The notes beneath the pieces were generated by a model. That model worked only from the letters and a program-made list of their open reading frames with translations. It was not told the DNA's origin and searched no databases. The translations under genes were made by a program, and so were the position numbers. Shown here piece after piece: positions 1-8,664 of a stretch of 36,280 nucleotides of DNA (positions are counted from its first letter, which is position 1; each line of letters begins with the position of its first letter). Source of the stretch: Actinomycetota bacterium (GTDB taxonomy: Bacteria > Actinomycetota > Acidimicrobiia > Spongiisociales > UBA5794); the NCBI GenBank assembly GCA_039714175.1, contig JBDLJV010000002.1, forward strand, positions 1-36,280, in the 5' to 3' direction.

Positions 1-1
1 C

Positions 2-226
2 CTCGCCGTCTATGTGCGCGTCCCCGGGGGAGTGAGCGAGGCGAGGCAGGGAAGCAAGGACCGCGCTTCTGCCGAGGCGATCGAGGGCGACCATGAGCAT
101 CTGGCGGAGCACATCATGGCGCTGCAATCCCTCGGCGTTGCGCACATCCAGCTTGTTGTCGACCCCATCACCGCTGAATCGATCGAGTGGCTCGGTGGCG
201 TGCTCGCCATCCTCGACAATCACTAG
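2..226 (+). CDS. C-terminal fragment (start off-window) of a probable luciferase-like (LLM-class) flavin/F420-dependent oxidoreductase
   Basis: The frame is open from the window edge to TAG 224-226. The tail GDHEHLAEHIMALQSLGVAHIQLVVDPITAESIEWLGGVLAIL resembles the C-terminal end of LLM oxidoreductases. Family call is by eye only. Confidence 0.4.
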   Translation, partial: LAVYVRVPGGVSEARQGSKDRASAEAIEGDHEHLAEHIMALQSLGVAHIQLVVDPITAESIEWLGGVLAILDNH

Positions 227-235
227 CCGCCGGAG

Positions 236-1813
236 CTAGCTGCCGCGGTCTTCGTACGCCGCCACGGCGGCTTCGATCGTCGGATAGAAGTGATGTCGAT
301 CGATCGTGTCGTAGAGCCCGTAGCGCTCGACCCTGTCCTGAACAGGGTGCTTCAGTTCGGCAAAGACGAGATGGACACCGTGGGCGTTCAACTCCTGGTC
401 GAGCTCCACGAGCATGTCGGCGGCCGTCGTATCGATGTCGGTGATCGGTTCGGCGGCGACGATCACCCATTCGGGACGCGGATCGGCATGGGCCACGAGT
501 GACCGGATTCGATCCCTGAACAGATTCGAGTTGGCGAAGAACAGCGATGAGTCCCAGCGGACGAGCAGCATGCCCGGCAACGTCTCCGCGTCCGGGTACC
601 GAGTGATGTCGTGATACCCGGGAACATCATCCGGATTGCCGAGGATGGCTGAGTGCGGGCGCCACTCCCTTTCGAAGATCTGGAAGATCGACAGAGCAAC
701 GGCGATGACGATTCCCTCGAGAACCCCGATCATCGCGACACCGAGGACTGTTGCCATCGAGATGAAGAACTCACTTCGACGGTTCGTATACAGGCGCCGC
801 AGTGTCTGTACCTCGAGTAGGCCGGCAGCAGCCACCATGATCACTGCAGCGAGGACCGAACTCGGCATGTTCCTTACGAGACCGGGCGCAAACACGATCA
901 TCATCAGCACCAATGCTGCCGCGGCGATACCCGTCAACTGGGATTTCGCACCGGCCTGATCGGCGACGGCAGTGCGTGAGCTACTCGTCGAAATGGGGAA
1001 GCCCTGGAAGAGTCCAGAGAAGAAGTTGGCCGCGCCGATCCCGATGATCTCCTGATTCGAGTCAATGTCCTCTTTGCGCCTGGCAGCGAATCCGGATGCG
1101 ACCGAGATCGTGTCTCCGACCGCAACGAGCGTGATCCCGATGGCCCCGGCCACGAGCAACGGAAGGTCGGCGAATGCCACCGATGGCAACGCGGGTCTCG
1201 GGAACCCCTGGGGGAGTACGCCCGTCACGGCAACCCCCTTGCTGGCGAGATCGAAGATCGTCGTGATGACGATTGGCACCACTACGCCGATGAGGATCGC
1301 TGGCCACTTCGGTGCGAACCGCTTGAGTCCGATGATGATGACGAGCGCAAGGGCGCCCATCGCCAGTGCCCACGTGTTCGTCTTGTCGAGATCACTGACA
1401 AACGCAGACAACTGCGTCAGGACATTGTCCCCATCGCTCGAGAAGCCGAAGAGCTTCGGGAGTTGATCGATGACGATCGTGATTGCGAGGCCGGCCATGT
1501 AACCGAGTCGAACCGGCTTCGAGAGCAGGTCGGCTACGAAGCCGAACCGTGCGAGGCCGGCGCCTGCGGAGAGCAGTCCCACGATGATCGCGAGCATGCC
1601 GGCCAACGCGATTGCGTACGCCTCGTCCCCGAGAGCAAGTGGCAGGATGATCGCCGCGATGATCGGGCCCAACGAGGAATCCGGGCCGAGCACGAGGTAC
1701 GGCGAAGGCCCGAACATCGCATAGGCCAAGAGGCAGATGACGGTTGTGTACAGACCCGTGATCGGCGGAAGGCCAGCGAGTTCCGCGTAGGCCATGCCCT
1801 GCGGGACGAGCAA
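236..1813 (-). CDS. SulP-family anion (sulfate/bicarbonate) permease with C-terminal STAS domain
   Basis: 525-aa ORF with the SulP signature LVPQGMAYAELAGLPPITGLYT, many hydrophobic spans and a C-terminal STAS-like part (LLVRWDSSLFFANSNLFRDRI...VIVAAEPITDIDTTAADML). Family-typical sequence continues in frame upstream of 1813, so the true 5' end is probably near 1900-1936 (see findings). Confidence 0.88.
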   Translation of the reverse strand: MLVPQGMAYAELAGLPPITGLYTTVICLLAYAMFGPSPYLVLGPDSSLGPIIAAIILPLALGDEAYAIALAGMLAIIVGLLSAGAGLARFGFVADLLSKPVRLGYMAGLAITIVIDQLPKLFGFSSDGDNVLTQLSAFVSDLDKTNTWALAMGALALVIIIGLKRFAPKWPAILIGVVVPIVITTIFDLASKGVAVTGVLPQGFPRPALPSVAFADLPLLVAGAIGITLVAVGDTISVASGFAARRKEDIDSNQEIIGIGAANFFSGLFQGFPISTSSSRTAVADQAGAKSQLTGIAAAALVLMMIVFAPGLVRNMPSSVLAAVIMVAAAGLLEVQTLRRLYTNRRSEFFISMATVLGVAMIGVLEGIVIAVALSIFQIFEREWRPHSAILGNPDDVPGYHDITRYPDAETLPGMLLVRWDSSLFFANSNLFRDRIRSLVAHADPRPEWVIVAAEPITDIDTTAADMLVELDQELNAHGVHLVFAELKHPVQDRVERYGLYDTIDRHHFYPTIEAAVAAYEDRGS

Positions 1814-2120
1814 GGCGGACAGGACCAGAGCGGCGATGAGGTCCCTGGGTAGCCAGGCTCGTTGGTAGGTCCTGGCTGCGTGGACTCCCGGAAGCCAGTT
1901 CTCAACTGCTGACTTGGTTCTTGTTGAGTCTGAGATGCAAGTCCCCGTGTGTCGTCGTGGTGCCGTATCGTGACAGTTCGATCAGAGGTCGTCGGTGACT
2001 TCGAAATTGCCGTCTGCGATGAGCCAGAGCAACGCCGAAGTTCTCGCGAGCATTCGCTGGTCGGATGCAACGATCATCGGAACAGACTAGGCGCACATCG
2101 GCATCCCCGATTGGTGATCG

Positions 2121-3782
2121 CTATCCGACCTGTCTGAGGTCCCTTCTCTGGAACAGAACGACGGAGAGTCCGACGAGGGCAACGAACAACGCGGTCAACA
2201 CGGCGCCATGGCCCCAGTCCATGCCGTTCATGAGCGGGTCGCTGCTCAGGTAGTAGTAGAACGGCTGCCACTTCACGAGCCCGGAGAGGCTCTCGCTGAA
2301 TGGCAACAGGCCGTTGATCACGAAGGCGATGAGGGCGAGTCCGGTTGCACCGAACGTGGCGATCCTCGTGCGTCCGGTTGCGGCGCCGAGGGCGAGTGCC
2401 AATCCCCCGTAGGCGAGCCCGAGGAGCGTCACGAGGAGGCACGTCGCGGCGATGTTGCCGATCGACATACCCAGGTTGCCGAGAAGGGATCCAACAGCGA
2501 CGCCAGCGAACGTCGAGAAACCGATGACGAAGGCGAAGATGATCATCGTCAGCGTCTTCTGGTAGAGCACTGTTGATCGCTTGATGGGATTTGCAAGGAG
2601 CAGACCCATCGTGTTCCGGGCTTCCTCGCCGGTGAGGGCGCGTCCGCCGATAGCGATCGTGACGACCATGACTGCAATCGGCGCCATCATGCCGAACGTC
2701 TCGATCTGGTACCAGCCCTCGGGCGTACTCATATCCCCTCCACCGAACAGCGAGAGGAGCTCTGGCGGGAATGCTTCGGTGAGGGTGGCCATTGCTTCGT
2801 CGATGAGTAGGTACATGGGGCCGAGCAGGACACCCATGAATCCGAACATCAGTAAGGCGACGACAAGAAGCAGTCCCTGATGCTCCGAGGCCGTTTTGAT
2901 CCAGATCCGCGACACACGGGTCGAACCGGCGAGCCGATCGGCGACCTTGTGTGTCAGAGGATGGTCCCGGAGTCGGTCGACCACCGAGATGCCGGCTGTC
3001 TGGTCCCTGAGATCGCGTCGATTGACACCGATCACTGCAGCGGCGGCGAAGACAACTATGCCTGCGACGAGGATGCCGATGTGACCCCAGTCGATGCCAT
3101 TGGTCTCCGGGCTGCTCGCGTTGAAGTAGTACCAGGGAAACGCCTTCGCCAGATTCTCGAATCCTTCGATGAGGGGGAACAAGCCCGCCCCCATGAAGGA
3201 CACGAACAGGACTGCAGCGGTTGCTCCGGAGGCCACACCCGGACTGCCGGTCCATGCCCCGATCGCCAGGGCGAGGAATCCGAAGAAGAGAGAGATGGCG
3301 AGCAGATGGAACATCAACGCTCCGACGTGGATCCCTGCGATGGACACGCTGAGGATCTCAGGAGTCACGAGCCCGATAGCCCACAGGAGTAGGGTCATCG
3401 CCACCGTGAGAACGACCATGGATGCTGCCTTTGAGGCGAGAACGGACGTCCGGCTCTTCGGATTGCCGAGCAGCAGTCCGATCGTGCGATCCCGCTCCTC
3501 TCCCGCGAACACCGAGGCTCCCATTGCAAGTGTGATCGCTGTCACTGATAGCGCGCCATAACCGCTGAGGATTGCCCCGTAGGCGAGACTCGCGACATCG
3601 GCATCCTCGGAGATGCCGAAGAGTTGCCTGAAGTAATCAGGGAGATTCGTGTAGACGGAGAGATCGATGTCTCGGTAGACGGTCATTCCGAAGAAGAAGA
3701 GGAAGCCGAGGCTGATAACGCCGATCGTCGGCGCCTTCCAACGATCCCGCGTCGTCTTCGTGAATACGTTGGCGAGTGTCAC
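2121..3782 (-). CDS. ABC-2-type transporter permease, internally duplicated (two ~6-span halves)
   Basis: 553-aa strongly hydrophobic ORF with two similar halves. It has a 4-bp ATGA overlap (3779-3782) with the upstream ATPase gene. Confidence 0.85.
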   Translation of the reverse strand: MTLANVFTKTTRDRWKAPTIGVISLGFLFFFGMTVYRDIDLSVYTNLPDYFRQLFGISEDADVASLAYGAILSGYGALSVTAITLAMGASVFAGEERDRTIGLLLGNPKSRTSVLASKAASMVVLTVAMTLLLWAIGLVTPEILSVSIAGIHVGALMFHLLAISLFFGFLALAIGAWTGSPGVASGATAAVLFVSFMGAGLFPLIEGFENLAKAFPWYYFNASSPETNGIDWGHIGILVAGIVVFAAAAVIGVNRRDLRDQTAGISVVDRLRDHPLTHKVADRLAGSTRVSRIWIKTASEHQGLLLVVALLMFGFMGVLLGPMYLLIDEAMATLTEAFPPELLSLFGGGDMSTPEGWYQIETFGMMAPIAVMVVTIAIGGRALTGEEARNTMGLLLANPIKRSTVLYQKTLTMIIFAFVIGFSTFAGVAVGSLLGNLGMSIGNIAATCLLVTLLGLAYGGLALALGAATGRTRIATFGATGLALIAFVINGLLPFSESLSGLVKWQPFYYYLSSDPLMNGMDWGHGAVLTALFVALVGLSVVLFQRRDLRQVG

Positions 3783-4684
3783 GCCGATGCCTCCTCCCGG
3801 TAGTAGGTGAGGAAGATCTCCTCGAGGTCGGCTTCCTGGGTGGAGATGTCAACGAGCGTGTTGCGATCCGTGATGGCATCGAGCAATGTCGCCATGGGGC
3901 CGCTGAACGACAGGGTCACGTGATGGTTCTGGACAGCAATGTCGGAGACTCCGTTGATGTGGGAGAAGAGGCTCCCATCGACGGGTCCGTCGAAGTACAG
4001 CTCCACCTTGCGCAGCCCCTTGGAGCGGAGGCTCGCGACGGCTTCCACAGCGATGAGGTGGCCGTGCCGGATGATGCCGACCCTGTCGGCGACGCGCTGC
4101 ACCTCAGAGAGCGTGTGGCTCGACAGGAACACGGTGCTGCCGTTTGCCGTGACCTCTCGCATGAGCGCCTGGAACTCGCGTTGGACGAGCGGATCGAGGC
4201 CGGAACTGGGCTCGTCCATGATCAACACCTCGGGCCGGTTCATGAAGGCTTGGATCAAGCCGACCTTCTGGCGATTGCCTGATGACAGATCCCCCACCTT
4301 CTTGGTGAGATCGGCGTCGAGCCGATCGGCAAGTTCGTCGACGTAGCTCCAATCCACGCCACCGCGAAGATTCGAGAAGTAGGTGAGGGTGTCCCGGCCG
4401 GTGAGGTTCGGATACATGGCGAGATCACCGGGGACGTACCCGATGTGGTTTCGGATCTCGACTGCGTGACTGTGAGAGTCCATGCCGAGGATCGAGGCTG
4501 TGCCAGCCGTCGGTCGGATCTCATCCAGGATTGTGCGGATCATCGTGGTCTTGCCGGCACCGTTCGGACCGAGGAAGCCGAAGATCTCGCTCGAACGGAT
4601 GTCGAGATCGAGGTCGACGAGCGCCTCGACGTCTCCGTAGTGCTTGGTGAGTCCTTCGGTGTGGATGGCGATCTGATCGGTCAT
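3779..4684 (-). CDS. ABC transporter ATP-binding protein
   Basis: Walker A GPNGAGKTT, signature LSSGNRQKVGL, Walker B LIMDEPSSGLD and H-loop SSHTL. It overlaps the tetR stop by 4 bp. Confidence 0.95.
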   Translation of the reverse strand: MTDQIAIHTEGLTKHYGDVEALVDLDLDIRSSEIFGFLGPNGAGKTTMIRTILDEIRPTAGTASILGMDSHSHAVEIRNHIGYVPGDLAMYPNLTGRDTLTYFSNLRGGVDWSYVDELADRLDADLTKKVGDLSSGNRQKVGLIQAFMNRPEVLIMDEPSSGLDPLVQREFQALMREVTANGSTVFLSSHTLSEVQRVADRVGIIRHGHLIAVEAVASLRSKGLRKVELYFDGPVDGSLFSHINGVSDIAVQNHHVTLSFSGPMATLLDAITDRNTLVDISTQEADLEEIFLTYYREEASA

Positions 4685-5373
4685 GTGGCCTCCTCCGGTT
4701 CATCTGTCTGGTCGGTGTTGTCGGTAGGTGCAAAGACATTGCGGGTGTGTTCGGCGAAGTCGTCGGTGAAGAGCCCCTTGCCATAGATTTCGTATACGGG
4801 GCCTGCGTACGCAGCGAGGTTCGGGCTCGTTGTGAGATCCGGATCCATGAGGTCGACACCGAGCAGTCGTTTCGCGTGTTCGTGAAGTGCCAAGGATCCA
4901 AGGCCCCAAATGGTCAACATGACGGCTCGGCCACGAGGATCGCGTGACGGCTTCAGCATCCCGGATTCGACGCCTTGGGCGAGGTACCCCTCGGCATCAT
5001 CGACGAAGTGGTCCACGAGTGAGGCGACAGCGGCAGAATCATCGGCCAGGACCTGCGCGAGGTAGGCCATCAAGGGGCCTGCCTCGACGTTTCGCAGTGC
5101 AGCGAACACGTCGAGGTTCGGTCCGCTCGAAAGAATATCCTGCTTCTGTTTGCGTACGATTTCGAGTACGTACTCGTCACATGCGGCCCTGAGCCCGTCC
5201 ATCGATCCGAAGTGGTGGATGACGGAGCCGGGGGAGACGTCAGCGACATCCGCGACCTTGCGTGCGGTCGTTGCTGTAACCCCGTGATCGGCGATGCACT
5301 GGATCGCCGCGTCGCGAATCCTGGCCCTCGTGGAACGGTCATCAACCGGCTGGGTCTCCCGTATTGAACTCAT
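4681..5373 (-). CDS. TetR-family transcriptional regulator (first gene of the tetR-ABC operon)
   Basis: N-terminal HTH RIRDAAIQCIADHGVTATTARKVADVADVSPGSVIHHFGS. ATG 5373 is preferred over the tracked TTG 5379 because a near-consensus promoter places the transcription start at about this ATG. Confidence 0.9.
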   Translation of the reverse strand: MSSIRETQPVDDRSTRARIRDAAIQCIADHGVTATTARKVADVADVSPGSVIHHFGSMDGLRAACDEYVLEIVRKQKQDILSSGPNLDVFAALRNVEAGPLMAYLAQVLADDSAAVASLVDHFVDDAEGYLAQGVESGMLKPSRDPRGRAVMLTIWGLGSLALHEHAKRLLGVDLMDPDLTTSPNLAAYAGPVYEIYGKGLFTDDFAEHTRNVFAPTDNTDQTDEPEEAT

Positions 5374-5380
5374 GTTCAAT

Positions 5381-5408
5381 ATTCTATACGACCGTTCAAC
5401 CCTGTCAA
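5381..5408 (-). promoter_or_regulatory. Near-consensus sigma-A-type promoter TTGACA-N16-TAGAAT, 7 nt upstream of the tetR ATG (leaderless geometry)
   Basis: On the minus strand, TTGACA is the reverse complement of 5403-5408 and TAGAAT of 5381-5386, with a 16-nt spacer. Seven nt (attgaac) separate the -10 from ATG 5373, and there is no Shine-Dalgarno sequence. Confidence 0.6.
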
Positions 5409-5421
5409 GACATCACCCCAG

Positions 5422-5475
5422 CCGTTCTTGCGTAACTGGTAGCCGCACGTGCGGCTACCAGTTACGCAAGAACGG
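5422..5475. repeat. Perfect 54-bp palindrome (27-bp arms, no spacer)
   Basis: ccgttcttgcgtaactggtagccgcac|gtgcggctaccagttacgcaagaacgg. I checked all 27 positions base by base and every one is complementary. It lies 24 nt past the pseudokinase stop and 13 nt upstream of the tetR -35. Confidence 0.97.
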
Positions 5476-5498
5476 GGGTTGGTTGGGGCTGACAGCTT

Positions 5499-6788
5499 CT
5501 ATGGAGCAAACCGGATGTCGGTGATCTCGGCCTGGTAGGAACCGTCTGCGCGTTGGGGGAGATCCGTGAGCCAGAGGAGCCAGAGTCCTCCACCGCGCAC
5601 CGGGACGTTCAGGCGCGATTCGGCTCGCTGGAGAGTTCCGCGCGCGATGTGCTCCCACTCCGATGCGAAGGCTGGAAGTGCTGCTGCCCAGCTGATCGTG
5701 TATGCAGCTCCGGGCGACCCGTTGAGGAAGATGTTCTCCGGTGTGCCTGCGACGTCGAAGATGAGACCGACACCTTCCTTGAAGTCCTGCACCGGCTTGG
5801 AGTAGGGCTCGGTTGACCACGACGTGCCACGATTGCCGTCCACAGCGTTCACGACGGACTCATCGTCCTCGGTTCCATCACCGAGTGGGTCGTACACCGT
5901 CGGCACCACATCGAGTCTCTCGGTCTCTTCGACAGGAGGCAGGGTCTCGGTGGGAACGGTCGAAGTTGACGATGTCGGTTGGGCCACGATCGGGTACAGA
6001 ACAGGAGAGTCGGGATCGAAGTCCGCAGCGAGGCCGATGGCTGCAACCACGGCGATGAGCACAACGATCAGCCCGAACACCGCCAGAGCCCTCCATGGCC
6101 TGATCGGGCCTTCCTCGGTTTCAGTGATGTGGGGTGCTGCTTGGAGGGATCGGGCCAGCGATGCAGCATCAAGGGTCCCCTGTATGCCGGATCGGAGGGC
6201 GTCATCGATCGAAGGGTGCACGCCGTCGATAACGTCGGAGGGAAACACATTGGGATCCTCGGTACCGGTGATAGCTGATCGAAGAACTTCAGCGAGCGCC
6301 ATCGTGTCCTCACCGGCGTCAGACCAGCGGTGCTCCCTGCCGAAGCCTCCGAGTTTCACGGGGTGAGCCGCGGAGAAGTGGACGGCCGATGTGTCAATGG
6401 CGCCGTGGACACCTCCGAGTTCGTGGAACCTCGAGAGGGCGAGGCAGAGGCCGGAAGCGTTGGGCAGGAACTCTCCCACGGGAATCGGTTCGTCAGCACG
6501 GAGTCGGTCGTCGATCGACACCCCGCCGTCCCATTCGGATACCGAGTACGCGGACGCTGACGTCTCGTCGGCAGCGAACACCTTCTGGAGGTGGATGTCG
6601 TTGAGTGCCGCAGCGGCTCGCACGTTCTCAAGGAACGACGCATGTCGGGCGGACGAGGACTCAGGGGTGAGGTATCGGATCAGGACGGGTCGGTCGAGGG
6701 AGTCGTCCTGGGCGAACCACTCTTCCAGGTCCCCGTCGCTGCCGAGGCGAATGTTGAGACGGTAGCGATCCGGTAGTCGAGGGGGCAT
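5499..6788 (-). CDS. Membrane-anchored Ser/Thr-kinase-like pseudokinase with extracellular discoidin/CBM-like domain
   Basis: The start is taken at MPPRLPDRYRL (ATG 6788), which avoids overlap with the GNAT gene. It has a kinase-like fold with degenerate motifs (VLIRYL, VHGAIDTSAV, GGFG), one TM span (WRALAVFGLIVVLIAVVAAIGLA) and a C-terminal NAVDGNRGTSWSTEPY-type F5/8-C-like motif. Confidence 0.8.
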   Translation of the reverse strand: MPPRLPDRYRLNIRLGSDGDLEEWFAQDDSLDRPVLIRYLTPESSSARHASFLENVRAAAALNDIHLQKVFAADETSASAYSVSEWDGGVSIDDRLRADEPIPVGEFLPNASGLCLALSRFHELGGVHGAIDTSAVHFSAAHPVKLGGFGREHRWSDAGEDTMALAEVLRSAITGTEDPNVFPSDVIDGVHPSIDDALRSGIQGTLDAASLARSLQAAPHITETEEGPIRPWRALAVFGLIVVLIAVVAAIGLAADFDPDSPVLYPIVAQPTSSTSTVPTETLPPVEETERLDVVPTVYDPLGDGTEDDESVVNAVDGNRGTSWSTEPYSKPVQDFKEGVGLIFDVAGTPENIFLNGSPGAAYTISWAAALPAFASEWEHIARGTLQRAESRLNVPVRGGGLWLLWLTDLPQRADGSYQAEITDIRFAP

Positions 6789-6792
6789 GGCG

Positions 6793-7554
6793 TTACCCGG
6801 ATCTGAGGACGGCCAGTGATTCGGGTAGCTGGACGTATCCCTCTGCCTCGTACAGACCGATCGCAGCCGTGTTGTCGAACTGGGTGTTGAGGAGAATTGC
6901 TCGAGACCCATGGCGGCGAGCACTTCTCGCGGCAGCTCGCACGAGGCTTCTTCCCATGCCCTGTCCCTGCCACGAAGGGTCGACGGCGACTCGCTGGAGG
7001 TACGAGATGGCGTGACCGTATCCCACAACGGCGAACCCGGCTATTCCCTGCTCACCATCGTTGATGACGAAGACGCTGGACTTCGTTGTCGCCTGGGTTG
7101 ACTCGAGCAGAGCGAGTTCGTCGAAGCGCCAGAAGGCCGGGAAGGCAACACGATCTATGGCGAGCATGCCATCGACGTCCGGATCGTCGGCGCGAACGAC
7201 CAGATGCTGTGGCGCGGGCACGGGTTCATCGAGGCTTAGGCGCATCAAAGCGAGATCGATGTAGTTGACGAAGCCGGCGTTCTCCCATGGCTTGCGTGCC
7301 GATCGAGACAGTGGCGAAGACAGAACGGCGGGCGCCCCGGCGAGTTGGAGCTTCTCGACACACGCGGAGATGAAACCGCTGCCGCCGCGCAGGACCCGGA
7401 GCGACGCGTCGTCGACAGTGTCGTTCCAAGGTCGAGCTTCGGCCCTTGCCCATCCGCGTCTCAGAGATACGGAACCTGGCCAGGTGCCTCGTTGGAATAC
7501 TCGGTGTGGTGAATCTACAAGTGCCAAGACCTCTCCAAGGGTCGCGCCACGCAT
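6793..7554 (-). CDS. GNAT-family N-acetyltransferase with ~120-aa N-terminal extension
   Basis: Acetyl-CoA motif LQRVAVDPSWQGQGMGRSLV and a C-terminal NTAAIGLYEAEGY. On the minus strand upstream of the ATG I read TTGACG-N15-TACTCT-N5-ATG. Confidence 0.85.
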   Translation of the reverse strand: MRGATLGEVLALVDSPHRVFQRGTWPGSVSLRRGWARAEARPWNDTVDDASLRVLRGGSGFISACVEKLQLAGAPAVLSSPLSRSARKPWENAGFVNYIDLALMRLSLDEPVPAPQHLVVRADDPDVDGMLAIDRVAFPAFWRFDELALLESTQATTKSSVFVINDGEQGIAGFAVVGYGHAISYLQRVAVDPSWQGQGMGRSLVRAAARSARRHGSRAILLNTQFDNTAAIGLYEAEGYVQLPESLAVLRSG

Positions 7555-7606
7555 TGCTCAGAGTAACCGCGATTTCACGACGTCAAGTGCGTGGGACAAT
7601 TCAACG

Positions 7607-8620
7607 ATGTCAGTTGTCCTTGTCACACACGGATCGAGCTTCGAGCACGAGGAACCTGCTGGCCATCCCGAACGTGCGGATCGGCTCGTCCCCGTCATGA
7701 GGGGCGCACGTTCGGCGGGAGTCCCGATTGTCGAGGCAGAGGCGCCGGCAGTCGACCGGGGGTTGTTGTCCGTCGTGCACGCGAATCGCTACGTGGATCA
7801 CATTGAGGGCTTCTGTCAGCAAGGAGGCGGATCACTTGATCCCGACACGTACGCGGTACCCGGCTCGTTCGCTGCGGCGCTGCACGCGGCGGGTGCCGGT
7901 CCGAGAGCCGTGGATGCGATCACTCGTGGAGAGGCCCAGTCCGCATTCATCGCAGTGCGCCCACCGGGGCACCACGCTGAGAGATCCCAGGCAATGGGAT
8001 TCTGCCTCTTCAACAACATCGCTGTGACGGCCGCGTATCTTCGGAGGCGCGGTGAACGCGTGGCGATTGTGGATTGGGATGTTCACCACGGAAATGGCAC
8101 CCAGTCGACGTTCTACCGGGATCCCGACGTGCTGTATGCGTCACTTCACCAGTTCCCGTTCTATCCGGGCACGGGCTGGGTTGATGAGCGTGGTGACGGA
8201 CCGGGGAGAGGGATGACCGTGAATGTCGCGTTGCCGGCCGGTGTATCTGCGGAATCGTATTTGGCGGCCTTTGCTCGTGTGGTGCTTCCTGTGGTAGAGC
8301 AGTTCGGTCCCGATTGGATTCTCGTGAGCAACGGCTATGACGCCCATCAACTGGACCCGATTGGTGGATTCCAACTCGAATCCGAGCACTACGGCTGGAT
8401 GGCCGATGCCGTGGCTCGGCTGGCACCCGATCGAAGGGTCGTGGCGCTGCTTGAGGGCGGATACAGCATGCGTGCGCTCGAAGAGGCCTCGGCGTGGACA
8501 GTGCGCGGCCTCGGCGGAGAGGTTGAGGATGTTGCGTGGCCTGACAAGATGACGGGTTCGGCGGAAAAGATGGTCGACCTTGCTGTTGGTTCTGTCTCCA
8601 AGTTCTGGGAACTTCATTAA
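7607..8620 (+). CDS. Histone-deacetylase-family (acetoin-utilisation/acetylpolyamine-type) zinc deacetylase
   Basis: Motifs RPPGHHAE, DWDVHHGNGTQ, GYDAH and EGGY. The start is taken at ATG 7607 (MSVVLVTHG); the 114 upstream codons of the tracked ORF are Arg/Ser/Pro-rich and antisense to the GNAT gene. Confidence 0.9.
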   Translation: MSVVLVTHGSSFEHEEPAGHPERADRLVPVMRGARSAGVPIVEAEAPAVDRGLLSVVHANRYVDHIEGFCQQGGGSLDPDTYAVPGSFAAALHAAGAGPRAVDAITRGEAQSAFIAVRPPGHHAERSQAMGFCLFNNIAVTAAYLRRRGERVAIVDWDVHHGNGTQSTFYRDPDVLYASLHQFPFYPGTGWVDERGDGPGRGMTVNVALPAGVSAESYLAAFARVVLPVVEQFGPDWILVSNGYDAHQLDPIGGFQLESEHYGWMADAVARLAPDRRVVALLEGGYSMRALEEASAWTVRGLGGEVEDVAWPDKMTGSAEKMVDLAVGSVSKFWELH

Positions 8621-8664
8621 GGCGGGAGCGATCCCTTCCGATATCGGATGAGGACACGCGACCC

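Noticed and set aside
7265-7606. Long N-terminal extensions offered by the ORF track for several genes: HDAC 7265, cca 10334, argG 15912, pseudokinase 7028, VOC 21977, ABC-F 27337, lipoproteins 32871 and 33308.
   Set aside because: The extensions overlap neighbouring genes, are compositionally aberrant (Arg/Ser/Pro-rich) and precede the point where family-conserved N-termini and SD or -10 signals occur. Shorter internal starts were adopted.
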